Shown here piece after piece: positions 29,871 to 39,665 of a stretch of 64,000 bases of DNA. Numbering within the stretch: the first letter of the stretch is position 1; the number at the start of each line of letters is the position of its first letter. The stretch covers positions 186,495 through 250,494 of the forward strand of contig CAWBKP010000013.1 of NCBI GenBank assembly GCA_963789395.1, given 5' to 3'. Both the position numbers and the translations under genes were made by a program. The stretch is from an uncultured delta proteobacterium. Its GTDB lineage: Bacteria; Desulfobacterota; Desulfobacteria; Desulfobacterales; Desulfatirhabdiaceae. The notes below the pieces were generated by a model. The model saw only the letters and a program-made list of their open reading frames with translations, did no database searches and had not been told where the DNA came from.

Positions 29871-29926
29871 CTGATAGCCCCGCTGCTTTATAGGCGGAAT
29901 CCACCATAAAGCAGACGGGTTATCAG
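29871..29926. repeat. Long imperfect inverted repeat (stem-loop) after the CCG gene
   Basis: CTGATAGCCCCGCTGCTTTAT ... ATAAAGCAGACGGGTTATCAG. Confidence 0.6.
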
Positions 29927-30321
29927 GCTGCCTCTCCGTCCTGCGCTTGATTAATCGTCTGCCAGGATACACCGCACTGACTGATGCGTTTGTGAAATAC
30001 CGTGTTGTGGGATAGCAGCATAATTAGTTGACTGCATCTTTCGGGCATTTTTTTTTGTGTAATTTTGAATGGTATTCATAAATTCAAGCCATATTGGCGC
30101 TTGGATAATTATGTATCGTGTGTCAATTGAATGGGCGGAATCTGCTCTTTTAATGCACGCGGAAAGGAGGAGTTGATAGTCGTTTCAGCAGTGGATTCAG
30201 ACCCATGAAGGCGAATCGGCTGTCGTTAAATAACCAAATATTGTGAAAATCAAATTAATAGTACAGCAGTAGTTTTAAACAGAGAATTTATTATTATGAA
30301 CAACTAAAAGGAGAAAGGTGT

Positions 30322-31704
30322 ATGGCAATTGAGAGAGCACATGGCATGGAACAACCCTATGCCGCTGGAAAGCTGAAACTACGTATTCCTTTTGTTCACT
30401 ACCGAATTGAATATCAGGATTTTATTCAGGGCGCGATATTAAGCTGCGTACCGCTGGGCATCACGGCAGCCATGGTCAAAGTACTGGGAATTCCCATTGA
30501 AATTGCTGTAATGATGGTTGTCATAAACAATTTTCTGTATCTTCTGCACACTTCCTTTGGTGATCCCTCTGTCGCAGGCTGGATAACTGCGGGCATACCA
30601 CTTTATATTGGCTATCTTGAAGGGTTTGCTGCAGGCCCTGAGCGAATCAAGGCCATGATTGCCTTTCAGCTTCTGGTGGGGCTCATTTTTCTAATATTGG
30701 GGATAACCGGTATCACCAGTACCGTGATCAAGCGATTTCCTATCTCCATGCGGGCCGGAATTCTGCTGGGCGCGGGATTCGCATCGCTGATGCGGATTTT
30801 TGATCCGGCACAGCCTTATATGAGTAAAATGCCTATCTCTTTCATGACCTCATCCTTTTTCAGCTTTTTTATTCTTTTTTCAACGAGGGCAGTGGAGTAT
30901 CGAAAACGTTACGGATGGTTTGCCTGGGTTGCCAGTTTTGGTCTCGCTCCTGGCTTTGTCTTTGGCTATTTTATTGGGTTAATGACTGGCGAAATTAAAT
31001 TCCCGTCTGGCGTTTTTGACCGTTTTATCATCTCTTTTCCGGTAGGTGATATGCTGAGTAATTTCAGCGTTCTGGCTGTTGGCATGCCTTCAGCCGGAAT
31101 GTGGGCTGCCGGTATCTCCCTGGCGATTGTGGCATATGTTCTGGCCTTTGGTGATATTTTGGTATTGCAAGCACTGGTCGATGATGCTGATAAAGCCCGT
31201 CCCGATGAAAAAATTGTGGTCGAAGTGTCCAGAAACCATATCATTTGTGCAATTCGTAATTTCATATTAGGTTTTTTTCTCCCATATCTTCCATTGGCTG
31301 GCCCACAGTGGACAGGTGGTCAAGCACTCGTCGTCAATCGTTACAAAAGCTCCACTCCCGAGCAGGAGCCTTCTTATTGGGGAGGAGCAACCTCTATCTT
31401 TTGGGGCATGAGTATTGCCATGGTCTTTCACCCGGTTGTTCAGATCATTCTGCCTGCCAAGGACATTGGATTTGCGCTCACCTTGCTGATTCAGGGCTGG
31501 CTGTGCGTGTATCTCGCTTTTGCCATGTGCACTACAAACACACAGCGGGGCATAGCAGGTATCATGGGAGCTGTGCTGGTGACCGCAAATTATGTAAAGC
31601 TCTGGGGGAATTCGTTCTGGTCCGGTCCTACGATGGGGCTGATTATTGGCACTGTGTTATACTTGTCACTGGAGTATTACCCGGAAGCCAAAAAAGAAAA
31701 CTAA
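30322..31704 (+). CDS. Polytopic membrane permease (possibly NCS2/BenE-like; substrate unknown)
   Basis: About a dozen hydrophobic segments; AGILLGAG, YVLAFGD, PLAGPQW; AAGGAG RBS. Confidence 0.65.
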   Translation: MAIERAHGMEQPYAAGKLKLRIPFVHYRIEYQDFIQGAILSCVPLGITAAMVKVLGIPIEIAVMMVVINNFLYLLHTSFGDPSVAGWITAGIPLYIGYLEGFAAGPERIKAMIAFQLLVGLIFLILGITGITSTVIKRFPISMRAGILLGAGFASLMRIFDPAQPYMSKMPISFMTSSFFSFFILFSTRAVEYRKRYGWFAWVASFGLAPGFVFGYFIGLMTGEIKFPSGVFDRFIISFPVGDMLSNFSVLAVGMPSAGMWAAGISLAIVAYVLAFGDILVLQALVDDADKARPDEKIVVEVSRNHIICAIRNFILGFFLPYLPLAGPQWTGGQALVVNRYKSSTPEQEPSYWGGATSIFWGMSIAMVFHPVVQIILPAKDIGFALTLLIQGWLCVYLAFAMCTTNTQRGIAGIMGAVLVTANYVKLWGNSFWSGPTMGLIIGTVLYLSLEYYPEAKKEN

Positions 31705-31762
31705 CCCGATCTTGTTATTCGAATGCACGGTTTGCGATGCATTTTTGTTGAAAGGTAATAAT

Positions 31763-31999
31763 ATGGCCGCCAGTGAAGGAAAACAGCGATTCATGGTGTT
31801 TATCAAAGCCGGTCTGCCCTACACGCTTGTTGGTATGGGGGTGGTTTTTGGCGGGCTTGCGGGGTTGAAGCATTTTTTCAATGACAGCGAATACCTGACG
31901 GCCATATTGTTTCTGTGGCTGGCATTGTTCTGGTTTATCTACCAGCCGTTATTTCGCAAGCGGATTTTCAAGGTGAAACAGCAGATGGATAAGTCATGA
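31763..31999 (+). CDS. Small two-helix membrane protein
   Basis: MAASEGKQRF...; AAAGG RBS; two hydrophobic stretches; fills gap between permease and methyltransferase. Confidence 0.6.
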   Translation: MAASEGKQRFMVFIKAGLPYTLVGMGVVFGGLAGLKHFFNDSEYLTAILFLWLALFWFIYQPLFRKRIFKVKQQMDKS

Positions 32000-32054
32000 T
32001 CTCCGGTTCACTGTTACTGGCCGGTATTAGATTGTTCTATTCAAGGAGAATAAA

Positions 32055-33080
32055 ATGAAATTAAAAGAAAAATTCATGCGACGGCTGGCGGGCAAGGATG
32101 CTGGCGAGCCTGCTATGGTCGGATGTACGACCACATACGGCGTTGTAGATATCATGAAGCAGTGCGGCGCGGAACGTCCGCTTGCGGATGTAGATGCTGA
32201 GGCCATGGCAAAGTTGTCCATAGCCGGTCACGAAATTGCCGGTTTTGAATGGGTCAAGGCCATGGGCTGGGATATTACACCGATCAGCCAGGTGATGGGC
32301 TGCACATTGGGCGAACCCAAGATCGATCTTCAGTATTTCATCAAGGAACATCCATTTGCGGGAAGTCTGGATGGGCTTGCCTATCCTGACAATCTATTTG
32401 AGAAAGGGCGTTTTCCAGCCTATAAAAAACAATTTGAGCTGTTGAAGAAACGTTTTGGCGATGAGCTGGTCGTATTTGGTGAGAGTGAAGGGGCCTGGAC
32501 CTGCGCCTGCAACCTGGTCGGTACCGAGCAGTTCATGAAATGGACCTTCAAGGAACAGGCCAAGGTGCAACAGGTCATTGATATTACGACTGCCGTAACC
32601 ATCGATGTCATCAACTGGGCATTTGACCAGGGCGCCGATTATTATTGCCTGGCCGAGCCTTCGTCAGGGCCGGCGCTGATGAGCCCAAAAACCTGGAAAA
32701 AATTTGTCCAGCCCTTGATGACCGAGATTTGCTCCAAGGCCAAAGGCCCGATTGTTCTGCATATTTGTGCTAACACAGATCTGATTGTCCCCATGATGTG
32801 CGAAACCGGCGTTGCCGGGATCAGCATCGAGGAAAAAGCCGACATGAAAAAAGCCGTTGAGGTGGCGCACGCAAAAAACGTACGCGTTTTCGGCAATGTG
32901 GCAACGGCAACGACACTGTTCATGGGCACTCCTGAAAAATGTTATGAAGAGTCAATAGCGAGTCTGGAAAACGGAACCGATTTTCTGACACCGGGTTGTG
33001 GCATTGCGCCGGGATCCCCCCTTGAAAACATCAAACAGCTAAAAAAAGCCAGAGACGATTTTTACAAATCTAGGGGATAA
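32055..33080 (+). CDS. MtaA/CmuA-family (UroD-fold) methylcobamide methyltransferase
   Basis: GRFP, AEPSSGP, LHIC, FGNV, PGCGI (HxC...C Zn-binding set). Confidence 0.85.
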   Translation: MKLKEKFMRRLAGKDAGEPAMVGCTTTYGVVDIMKQCGAERPLADVDAEAMAKLSIAGHEIAGFEWVKAMGWDITPISQVMGCTLGEPKIDLQYFIKEHPFAGSLDGLAYPDNLFEKGRFPAYKKQFELLKKRFGDELVVFGESEGAWTCACNLVGTEQFMKWTFKEQAKVQQVIDITTAVTIDVINWAFDQGADYYCLAEPSSGPALMSPKTWKKFVQPLMTEICSKAKGPIVLHICANTDLIVPMMCETGVAGISIEEKADMKKAVEVAHAKNVRVFGNVATATTLFMGTPEKCYEESIASLENGTDFLTPGCGIAPGSPLENIKQLKKARDDFYKSRG

Positions 33081-33082
33081 TA

Positions 33083-33128
33083 TTGGCGGTGGGCAATGAT
33101 GTCTGAACGACAATATTGCCCACCCCAA
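33083..33128. repeat. REP-like hairpin GGTGGGCAAT...ATTGCCCACC just after the methyltransferase stop; may act as terminator
   Basis: Perfect 10-bp inverted repeat with extra outer and inner pairing. Confidence 0.6.
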
Positions 33129-33304
33129 CCGGTTTATTTTTGATCTGCTTCCAACTTGCCTGTCCAATATCTTTCGTTCAGTGCTTTTTTCTAAAAAAAA
33201 GAATTGAACGAAACTCATTGGTATTAATGGCAATTCTGAATTGTTTTCTCCTGTATCAAAACAAGGTGTTATCTTCAACTGGGTCGATCGGTTTAAATAT
33301 GTTT

Positions 33305-33320
33305 AAACATCAGATGTTTT
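33305..33320 (+). promoter_or_regulatory. Palindromic operator candidate AAACATC-A-GATGTTT, 11 nt upstream of TTGACG
   Basis: Perfect 7-1-7 palindrome; matches the site at 25988-26003. Confidence 0.65.
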
Positions 33321-33415
33321 AATCATTTATATTGACGTGGTTCTTAATTTGTGATTAAGAATACTACCAGAACAATTCATAGGAAACTCGTTTTGGTAAA
33401 CAGACGGTAAGAGCA

Positions 33416-34492
33416 ATGAATGGCATAACGAATAATAAAATTGTATTTTTTGGCTGTCCCATGGACTGCGATGAAAAATTCGATTCCATTCATGAAAAAC
33501 ACAACGGTTTATGGACAATGGGCAAAAGCGATGATCCTTTTGTCGAGGTTATGTCTCTTATCCGTTCTGAAATTCAACAGGATTTGTGGAAAGAGCTGGG
33601 TTCTGTGGATATCCCGACCTGGCTTCGCCCGAAACCCCGAGGCGAGGATCTGTTAAAACTCAACGCGGAAAATATTATCGCTTTCATCGATGAAGATGGT
33701 TGCAGAAGGGTCGCAGAGGATGTTGCGCATTTCGTCTCAACAAAGATACTGCCCGATATACCCTGCATGATCGGAATCGACCATTCATTGACCGGAGGCG
33801 TGTATAAATCCTTGTCGGAATTCTATGGCAGAGATAACATCTCGCTGATCGTCATAGACAGTCACACCGATGCCATTCCCATGTCCGCTCTTTCCGATGC
33901 CATTCAATACGATATTGACGTGAATCCCGATTCTGTTCATGACCCGAGGGATCCTTTCTTGTATAACCGGCCTGATTCATACAATGCCAGCTCTTTTATC
34001 CATTACATGACAGCCGAAGGGGTCGTCAATCCGAAGAATCTCTATATTTTGGGGGTGAGTGACTACCCGGAAAATAAGACGTTCCGCATCAAAGACCCCC
34101 GTATCGCCAGATACACGGGCGCATATGCAGAATTAAAACGCAACGGGTCCAAAATAATGACAAAAAAGGAGTGCACACAGTCTCCACAAAAGCTTAAGAC
34201 GTTGTTGCAGATGATATCGACGCCTTATGTGTATATCTCGATTGATATGGACATCGGTGCCGTAAATGCCCTTGAAGGTGTCAGGTTTCGGAATTGGAAG
34301 GGATTAACGGAGGAGAGGATATATAAACTTGTTGAAGCGCTTAAAGTCCTGTTCACCCGGAAAGTTCAACTGGCCGGCATGGATATTACGGAAATTGACC
34401 AAAGAAGAGCAGGGAAGATATATCCTGCCGGAAGAGACCGGACATATAGAATCGCAGCGAATCTGATCAAGATGATAGGGTTTGGTCATTGA
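33416..34492 (+). CDS. Arginase/ureohydrolase-family metallohydrolase (divergent)
   Basis: GIDHS, DSHTD, SIDMD, DITE metal-ligand motifs. Confidence 0.82.
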   Translation: MNGITNNKIVFFGCPMDCDEKFDSIHEKHNGLWTMGKSDDPFVEVMSLIRSEIQQDLWKELGSVDIPTWLRPKPRGEDLLKLNAENIIAFIDEDGCRRVAEDVAHFVSTKILPDIPCMIGIDHSLTGGVYKSLSEFYGRDNISLIVIDSHTDAIPMSALSDAIQYDIDVNPDSVHDPRDPFLYNRPDSYNASSFIHYMTAEGVVNPKNLYILGVSDYPENKTFRIKDPRIARYTGAYAELKRNGSKIMTKKECTQSPQKLKTLLQMISTPYVYISIDMDIGAVNALEGVRFRNWKGLTEERIYKLVEALKVLFTRKVQLAGMDITEIDQRRAGKIYPAGRDRTYRIAANLIKMIGFGH

Positions 34493-34600
34493 AAATAAAC
34501 CTTTTTAGAAGCTGTAAACGACTAAGGCTGTTTCAATAGGAAAGTGCTTTTGTATTTTTATTCATAAATATTAGGATATTAAACTGTTAAGGAGGTTTGG

Positions 34601-36193
34601 ATGTTGCCGGAAAACGAAAATAGATATTTTGACATTGAAGATGCCTCTGCGGAAAATCCCATAAAAAAACTGAAATATTTTGTGGATGGTGAATTTCGCG
34701 TCTCTAAAACGGATAAATACATGGATTGCTTCAATCCCTCAACCGGGGCTGTCATAGCGCATGCGCCGCAATGCACGCAGGCCGAGGTCGAGTCCGCCAT
34801 AGAGAGCGCTAAGAATGCTTACCCCGCTTGGTCCGAAACCCCTGTAAGCAAGCGGGTGCAGGTGTTGTTCAAGTTCAAGTCTCTTGTTGATGAGCACCTT
34901 GAGGAGCTGACCTATCTTCTGTGCCAGGAAGAAGGCAAAAACTGGACGGAATCCATGGGTGATGTGTTAAAGGTGAATGAGGTGGTCGAATTTGCCTGTG
35001 GTGCACCCCACTTGATGAAGGGCGAATCTCTGATGAACGCCAGCAAGGGCTATGATACGGTCCTGTACCATCATCCCATGGGCGTTTTTGCAGGCATCGC
35101 GCCCTGGAATTTCCCGGCTATGATTCCCCATGGCTGGATGACACCCATCTGCGTGGCCACAGGCAACTGCATGGTTTTAAAGGCGGCCAGCTTTGTGCCC
35201 CAGTCGTCCATGCGCCTTGCGGAGCTTTGGCGAGAGGCCGGACTCCCCAAGGGAGTGCTCAATCTGGTGACAGCAGGACGTAATGAAGCTGAAATCCTTC
35301 TGAAACATCCGGATATTAAAGGGGTCTCTTTTGTCGGATCCACTCCGGTCGGTAAACACATTTATAAGACTGCGGCTGCCAATGGCAAGCGGGTTCAGGC
35401 ATTAACCGAAGCCAAAAATCATGCCCTTGTATTGCGGGATGCCAAGCTTGAAAGAACAGCTAGAGGGATCATCAATGCCTATTGTGGATGTGCAGGCGCC
35501 AGATGCATGGCCTGCCCGGTTATCGTTGTGGAAAATTGCATTGCCGACGAGCTCATCGGATATCTCAAAAAATTTGTTGCGGAGATGACGCTGGGGCCGG
35601 CCTATGATCCTGCAACAGGCATGGGACCCATCATGAATGCCGGTCACAAGAAATTTATAACGGACTGGATTGAAAAAGGCATTGCAGAAGGCGCCGAACT
35701 CATTGTTGACGGCCGTAATCCGGTCGTGCCCGGCTATGAGAACGGTTTTTACCTGGCGCCTACGATATTTGATCATGTCACGGAGGAAATGACCATCGGA
35801 GACGAGGAAGTGTTCGGACCCGTCCTCTGCATCAAGCGGGTGGAATCCTTTGAGCAAGGTCTGGCCATCATGAACAAAAGCCGGTTTGCCAACGGATCCG
35901 TGATCTATACGCAAAACGGACATTATGCCCGTGAATTTGCAGCCCGTACGGATGCCGGAATGGTGGGCATCAATGTAGGGATTCCTGTTCCGCTGGGAAT
36001 TTTCGGTTTTACAGGTCACAAGGACTCATTCTTTGGCGATCTTCATGTCATGGGAAGAGACGGTTTCACGTTCTTCACGGAGTCCAAATGCGTGACGCAT
36101 ACCTGGTTCCCGGAAACAGAGCAGGTTGACTGTAAAGTGGACACCTGGGATGGGACCATCTCTTCCATGCCCGAAAAGCATAAGTTAAAGTAA
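34601..36193 (+). CDS. mmsA: CoA-acylating (methyl)malonate-semialdehyde dehydrogenase
   Basis: PWNFP, SFVGST, GKRVQAL.EAKNH, AGARCMA, EEVFGP, GINVGIPVP, SFFGDLH. Confidence 0.9.
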   Translation: MLPENENRYFDIEDASAENPIKKLKYFVDGEFRVSKTDKYMDCFNPSTGAVIAHAPQCTQAEVESAIESAKNAYPAWSETPVSKRVQVLFKFKSLVDEHLEELTYLLCQEEGKNWTESMGDVLKVNEVVEFACGAPHLMKGESLMNASKGYDTVLYHHPMGVFAGIAPWNFPAMIPHGWMTPICVATGNCMVLKAASFVPQSSMRLAELWREAGLPKGVLNLVTAGRNEAEILLKHPDIKGVSFVGSTPVGKHIYKTAAANGKRVQALTEAKNHALVLRDAKLERTARGIINAYCGCAGARCMACPVIVVENCIADELIGYLKKFVAEMTLGPAYDPATGMGPIMNAGHKKFITDWIEKGIAEGAELIVDGRNPVVPGYENGFYLAPTIFDHVTEEMTIGDEEVFGPVLCIKRVESFEQGLAIMNKSRFANGSVIYTQNGHYAREFAARTDAGMVGINVGIPVPLGIFGFTGHKDSFFGDLHVMGRDGFTFFTESKCVTHTWFPETEQVDCKVDTWDGTISSMPEKHKLK

Positions 36194-36667
36194 TGCCACG
36201 TTAGGATTTTGTTTGGCGGGCTGATAATGAAATAATAAGCACCCCCTGTTTTATCGGGGTCGCTTTGTAAGCAACTGTCAGGATAAAATATCCGATTGTG
36301 AAATATACAAGATTGCTGATCCATTATCAGTCCGCATTTTTGTCTTTTGATTGATTTTGCATGCTACCCGGGTTGATGTCCAGTATACACATCTTTAACT
36401 TGTGGTAAATATTTTGCTTTGATATCATTTCAGAGTAACCGTAACTGAAGGAAACTTGGAATGATTCTTGAATGAATCAGTTCGGTTTCATTTATCATGC
36501 ATCCGCGGCATCGCCGCATAGGCCGTTTCAGTAACTGAATGTTGTGGACCCGTTGCAAAATATTTACCGGGATATGCATTCAGATCCCGACGCGTTTGAG
36601 GGGCGTGTTTATTGACTTTCTCATTTACTCCGCTCATGCCTAATGCCCCTTCACGAGGAGACCTTCC

Positions 36668-36988
36668 ATGATTACAGCAGTTGTTGAATTCAAACTCCCA
36701 CAGGCGATCACAGTTCTGCAGGCCCAGGAGATTTTTTTGAGCACGGCGCCAAAATACCAGGGCATGCCCGGTTTAATTCGTAAGTACTATTTTCTTTCCC
36801 AGGACGGCGCCACTGCCGGAGGCATCTATTTATGGCAGTCGCGTGAAGACGCGGACCGTCTGTATACCGGTGAATGGAAGGCGTTTGTGCGAGGGAAATA
36901 TGGATCAGACCCCGTAGTGAAATATCTTGAGACCCCGGTTGTTGTGGACAACGTATCGGATGAAGTCATCTCGAATGTTAAAAGTTAG
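36668..36988 (+). CDS. YdhR-like monooxygenase-fold protein
   Basis: PGLIRKYY...AGGIYLW; GAGGAG RBS. Confidence 0.75.
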   Translation: MITAVVEFKLPQAITVLQAQEIFLSTAPKYQGMPGLIRKYYFLSQDGATAGGIYLWQSREDADRLYTGEWKAFVRGKYGSDPVVKYLETPVVVDNVSDEVISNVKS

Positions 36989-37013
36989 TCATACAGAGGA
37001 AGTATGCTCTCAT

Positions 37014-38576
37014 ATGAAGTCGACTGAACGCACCGCTGGAGAGGGTGATGTGCGTCATCTTATCACCGAAATACAAAGCCTGGGAATCAGGGTTCATAAC
37101 GATATTCAAGGCCGAAAAGGCGGTGCGGGGCCGGCTGCCGGCAAAGCTTTTCTCATAGGTGGCATCCCGGTGAATGCCCCCATTGCCGGCCATTATGTCT
37201 CGCAGTCTCCGTTTAGCTTGAAGACAGCGGACACATCATATCTTCTTTTAAAGGATGGAAAAGCGGTTTCCTCTCTGGAACTGGTTCCTGACCCGGCGTT
37301 TTACAGCCAATCCACCCGGGATGGTGTCGGCTACCGGAATATCGCACTTCTTCACGGAAGAGATTGCCTGGCTACAACTGTTCTTCAGCAATGCGTTCAT
37401 TGGAAACAATTAAAAAGATGTGGCTTTTGCTCCACGGAAACCTCTCTTAGAAACAAGGAAACCATTGCGAGAAAAACGCCTGAGCAGCTTGCCGAAGTTG
37501 CTATGGCCGCCCGGCAGATGGATGGCGTCTCTCACATGGTATTAACCTCCGGAACCGGGGACCCGGCAGGAAGTGAAATCCTGTATCTTGCCGAATGCGT
37601 TCGCGCCATAAAGGCTGTCGTGGATATCCCGATACAGGTCCAGTTTGCGCCTCCCGGGGACCTCGATCTCATTGACGTCTTGAGCGAAGCCGGTGTCGAT
37701 TCTGTAGGCATCCACGTGGAAAGCTTCGATTTGAAAGTGCTGTCGCACATTGCCCCTGCCAAGGCTGAAATCGGATTGAACCATTATGAACATGCATGGA
37801 AAAAAGCGGTTGAATTGTTCGGGCCGAGTAGAGTAAGCAGTTTCCTGATCGCCGGCCTGGGGGAAGCTGCCGAATCCATTGCATGGGGCAGTGAATACCT
37901 TGCAGATTTGGGAGTGTACCCTTTTGTTGTCCCCTTGCGCCCCCTTCCCGGGTCAGCCCTTGAAAACGCCACGCCACCCGACCCGGATACAATGAAGCAT
38001 ATCTATGACGCAGTCGCCAAAATTCTCCAGAAAAAGGGCATTTCAACCCGGGAGACGTTGGCCGGATGCGTTCGATGCGGCGCCTGCTCTGCTCTGGGTG
38101 CTTATGAGAAAAAAGAATCCGGAATCATCTGCCACAGTGCGCGAAATTCTCACGAGCGAAATGAGGCATTCCGAATCAGAAGGCAGGTTTTTGTTGACGA
38201 GCAGGGCATGTTCAGCGATTCGGACGTGGATGAAAACGATTCAGAAAGCATTCTCCTGGTGGCGGAAACGGATAGCAAGATCATCGGAACTGTAAGGGTT
38301 TTTCCCGGTAAAACCCGAAGCGGGCACTGGATCGGCGGCAGGCTTGCTGTCCAAAAAGAGTACCGCACCGGTCGAACCGGATCTCTCCTGGTTAAAGAAG
38401 CCATGAAACGGGTCAAGAAAAAAGGATGTACGGTTTTTACCGCTGAAATCCAGGAAAAAAATGTCCGTTTTTTTAAAAAACTGGGTTGGGAGCCTGTCGG
38501 GCCGATTATAAAACATTTTGGATTTCCCCATCAATCCATGAAGGCGGATTTGAGCCTTGTTCCGGGTGAATTGTAA
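37014..38576 (+). CDS. MSMEG_0568-family radical SAM protein fused to MSMEG_0567/Sll0786-type GNAT acetyltransferase
   Basis: GRKGGAGP, IALLHGRDCLATTVLQQC-x8-CGFC, KTPEQLAEVA, GVYPFVVPLRP, GCVRCGACS; C-terminal IRRQVFVDEQG...GTVR...WIGGRLAV. Confidence 0.9.
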   Translation: MKSTERTAGEGDVRHLITEIQSLGIRVHNDIQGRKGGAGPAAGKAFLIGGIPVNAPIAGHYVSQSPFSLKTADTSYLLLKDGKAVSSLELVPDPAFYSQSTRDGVGYRNIALLHGRDCLATTVLQQCVHWKQLKRCGFCSTETSLRNKETIARKTPEQLAEVAMAARQMDGVSHMVLTSGTGDPAGSEILYLAECVRAIKAVVDIPIQVQFAPPGDLDLIDVLSEAGVDSVGIHVESFDLKVLSHIAPAKAEIGLNHYEHAWKKAVELFGPSRVSSFLIAGLGEAAESIAWGSEYLADLGVYPFVVPLRPLPGSALENATPPDPDTMKHIYDAVAKILQKKGISTRETLAGCVRCGACSALGAYEKKESGIICHSARNSHERNEAFRIRRQVFVDEQGMFSDSDVDENDSESILLVAETDSKIIGTVRVFPGKTRSGHWIGGRLAVQKEYRTGRTGSLLVKEAMKRVKKKGCTVFTAEIQEKNVRFFKKLGWEPVGPIIKHFGFPHQSMKADLSLVPGEL

Positions 38577-38581
38577 TTCTT

Positions 38582-39571
38582 ATGGGAACACATTTAAACG
38601 ATATCGTTGAAGCAGTGAGAAATTATGCGGGACTGCTTCGCAAACAGCCTATAAAAGAAGTGGTTGAAAAATTGAAGCATACCCATCAGTACGGCGCACA
38701 GCTCCCGAATTTTGGTGATGATGCTGCGGTCATTCCATGGCATGGGGAATATCTGCTTTTTGCCGCCGACGGCATGATGACGGGTCTGCTGATCAACGAA
38801 CCCTATGCAGCGGGCAAAGCCTCGGTCATGGTAACGGTGAATGACATCTATTCCATGGGCGGAAGACCCATTGGAATGGTAAATGTTCTGGCAAGTGGAG
38901 ATGAAAAACAAAGAGCCCTTATCGTTGAGGGGATTCAAAAGGGTTGTCAAAAGCTCAGGGTCCCCATGCTCGGTGGACATCTTCACCCTGACGCATCTCT
39001 TTCAAGTCCGTCACTGAGTGTTGCCATTTTAGGGTCTGCAAAAAAATTGTTGAGATGTCATCTTGCCGAAGCCGGAGATGACCTTATCTTGGCCGTGGAT
39101 TTGAATGGACAAAGGGGATGTCGTTCCGTTGTCAGCTGGGATGCCAATTCGGGAAAAACCTCCGAAGCCTTACTGTACCGCTTGGAGGCGTTGCCCCTGA
39201 TTGCCGAACGGGGTCTTTCATGCGCTGCTAAGGACATCAGTAATGCCGGTATTCTCGGCACGATCTCCATCATGCTTGAAAATTCCGGCAAGGGAGGATC
39301 TATCGATCTGGAAGCGATTCCCAGGCCATCTGAAATTGCTTTGATCGACTGGCTTCACTGCTTCCAGAGTTTTGGCTTTATTCTCTCGGTGAAACCCGAG
39401 AAATCACAGGAAGTTCAGGCGATTTTTAGTGAAAGATCGATTTCTTCAAGAATCATCGGCACGGTTATTAAGGAGCCGGTCGTCACGCTGAAGCAGAACC
39501 AGGAATCCATCACCCTGTTCGATTTTCGGAAAGACGAAATTACCGGCATTCACTACAACGGGAAGGAATGA
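38582..39571 (+). CDS. Sll0787-family AIR synthase (PurM)-related protein
   Basis: GDDAAVIP, VTVNDIYSMGGRP, LGGHLHP, AAKDISNAGILGT. Confidence 0.88.
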   Translation: MGTHLNDIVEAVRNYAGLLRKQPIKEVVEKLKHTHQYGAQLPNFGDDAAVIPWHGEYLLFAADGMMTGLLINEPYAAGKASVMVTVNDIYSMGGRPIGMVNVLASGDEKQRALIVEGIQKGCQKLRVPMLGGHLHPDASLSSPSLSVAILGSAKKLLRCHLAEAGDDLILAVDLNGQRGCRSVVSWDANSGKTSEALLYRLEALPLIAERGLSCAAKDISNAGILGTISIMLENSGKGGSIDLEAIPRPSEIALIDWLHCFQSFGFILSVKPEKSQEVQAIFSERSISSRIIGTVIKEPVVTLKQNQESITLFDFRKDEITGIHYNGKE

Positions 39572-39665
39572 GCCGTTTCGTTTCTTTTGGCGCATACCCA
39601 CACCCCCTGCAATGCTTTTCTGGATCAGCGACGCACAGGCTATCCGAGTTGAATAGAGGACATGA

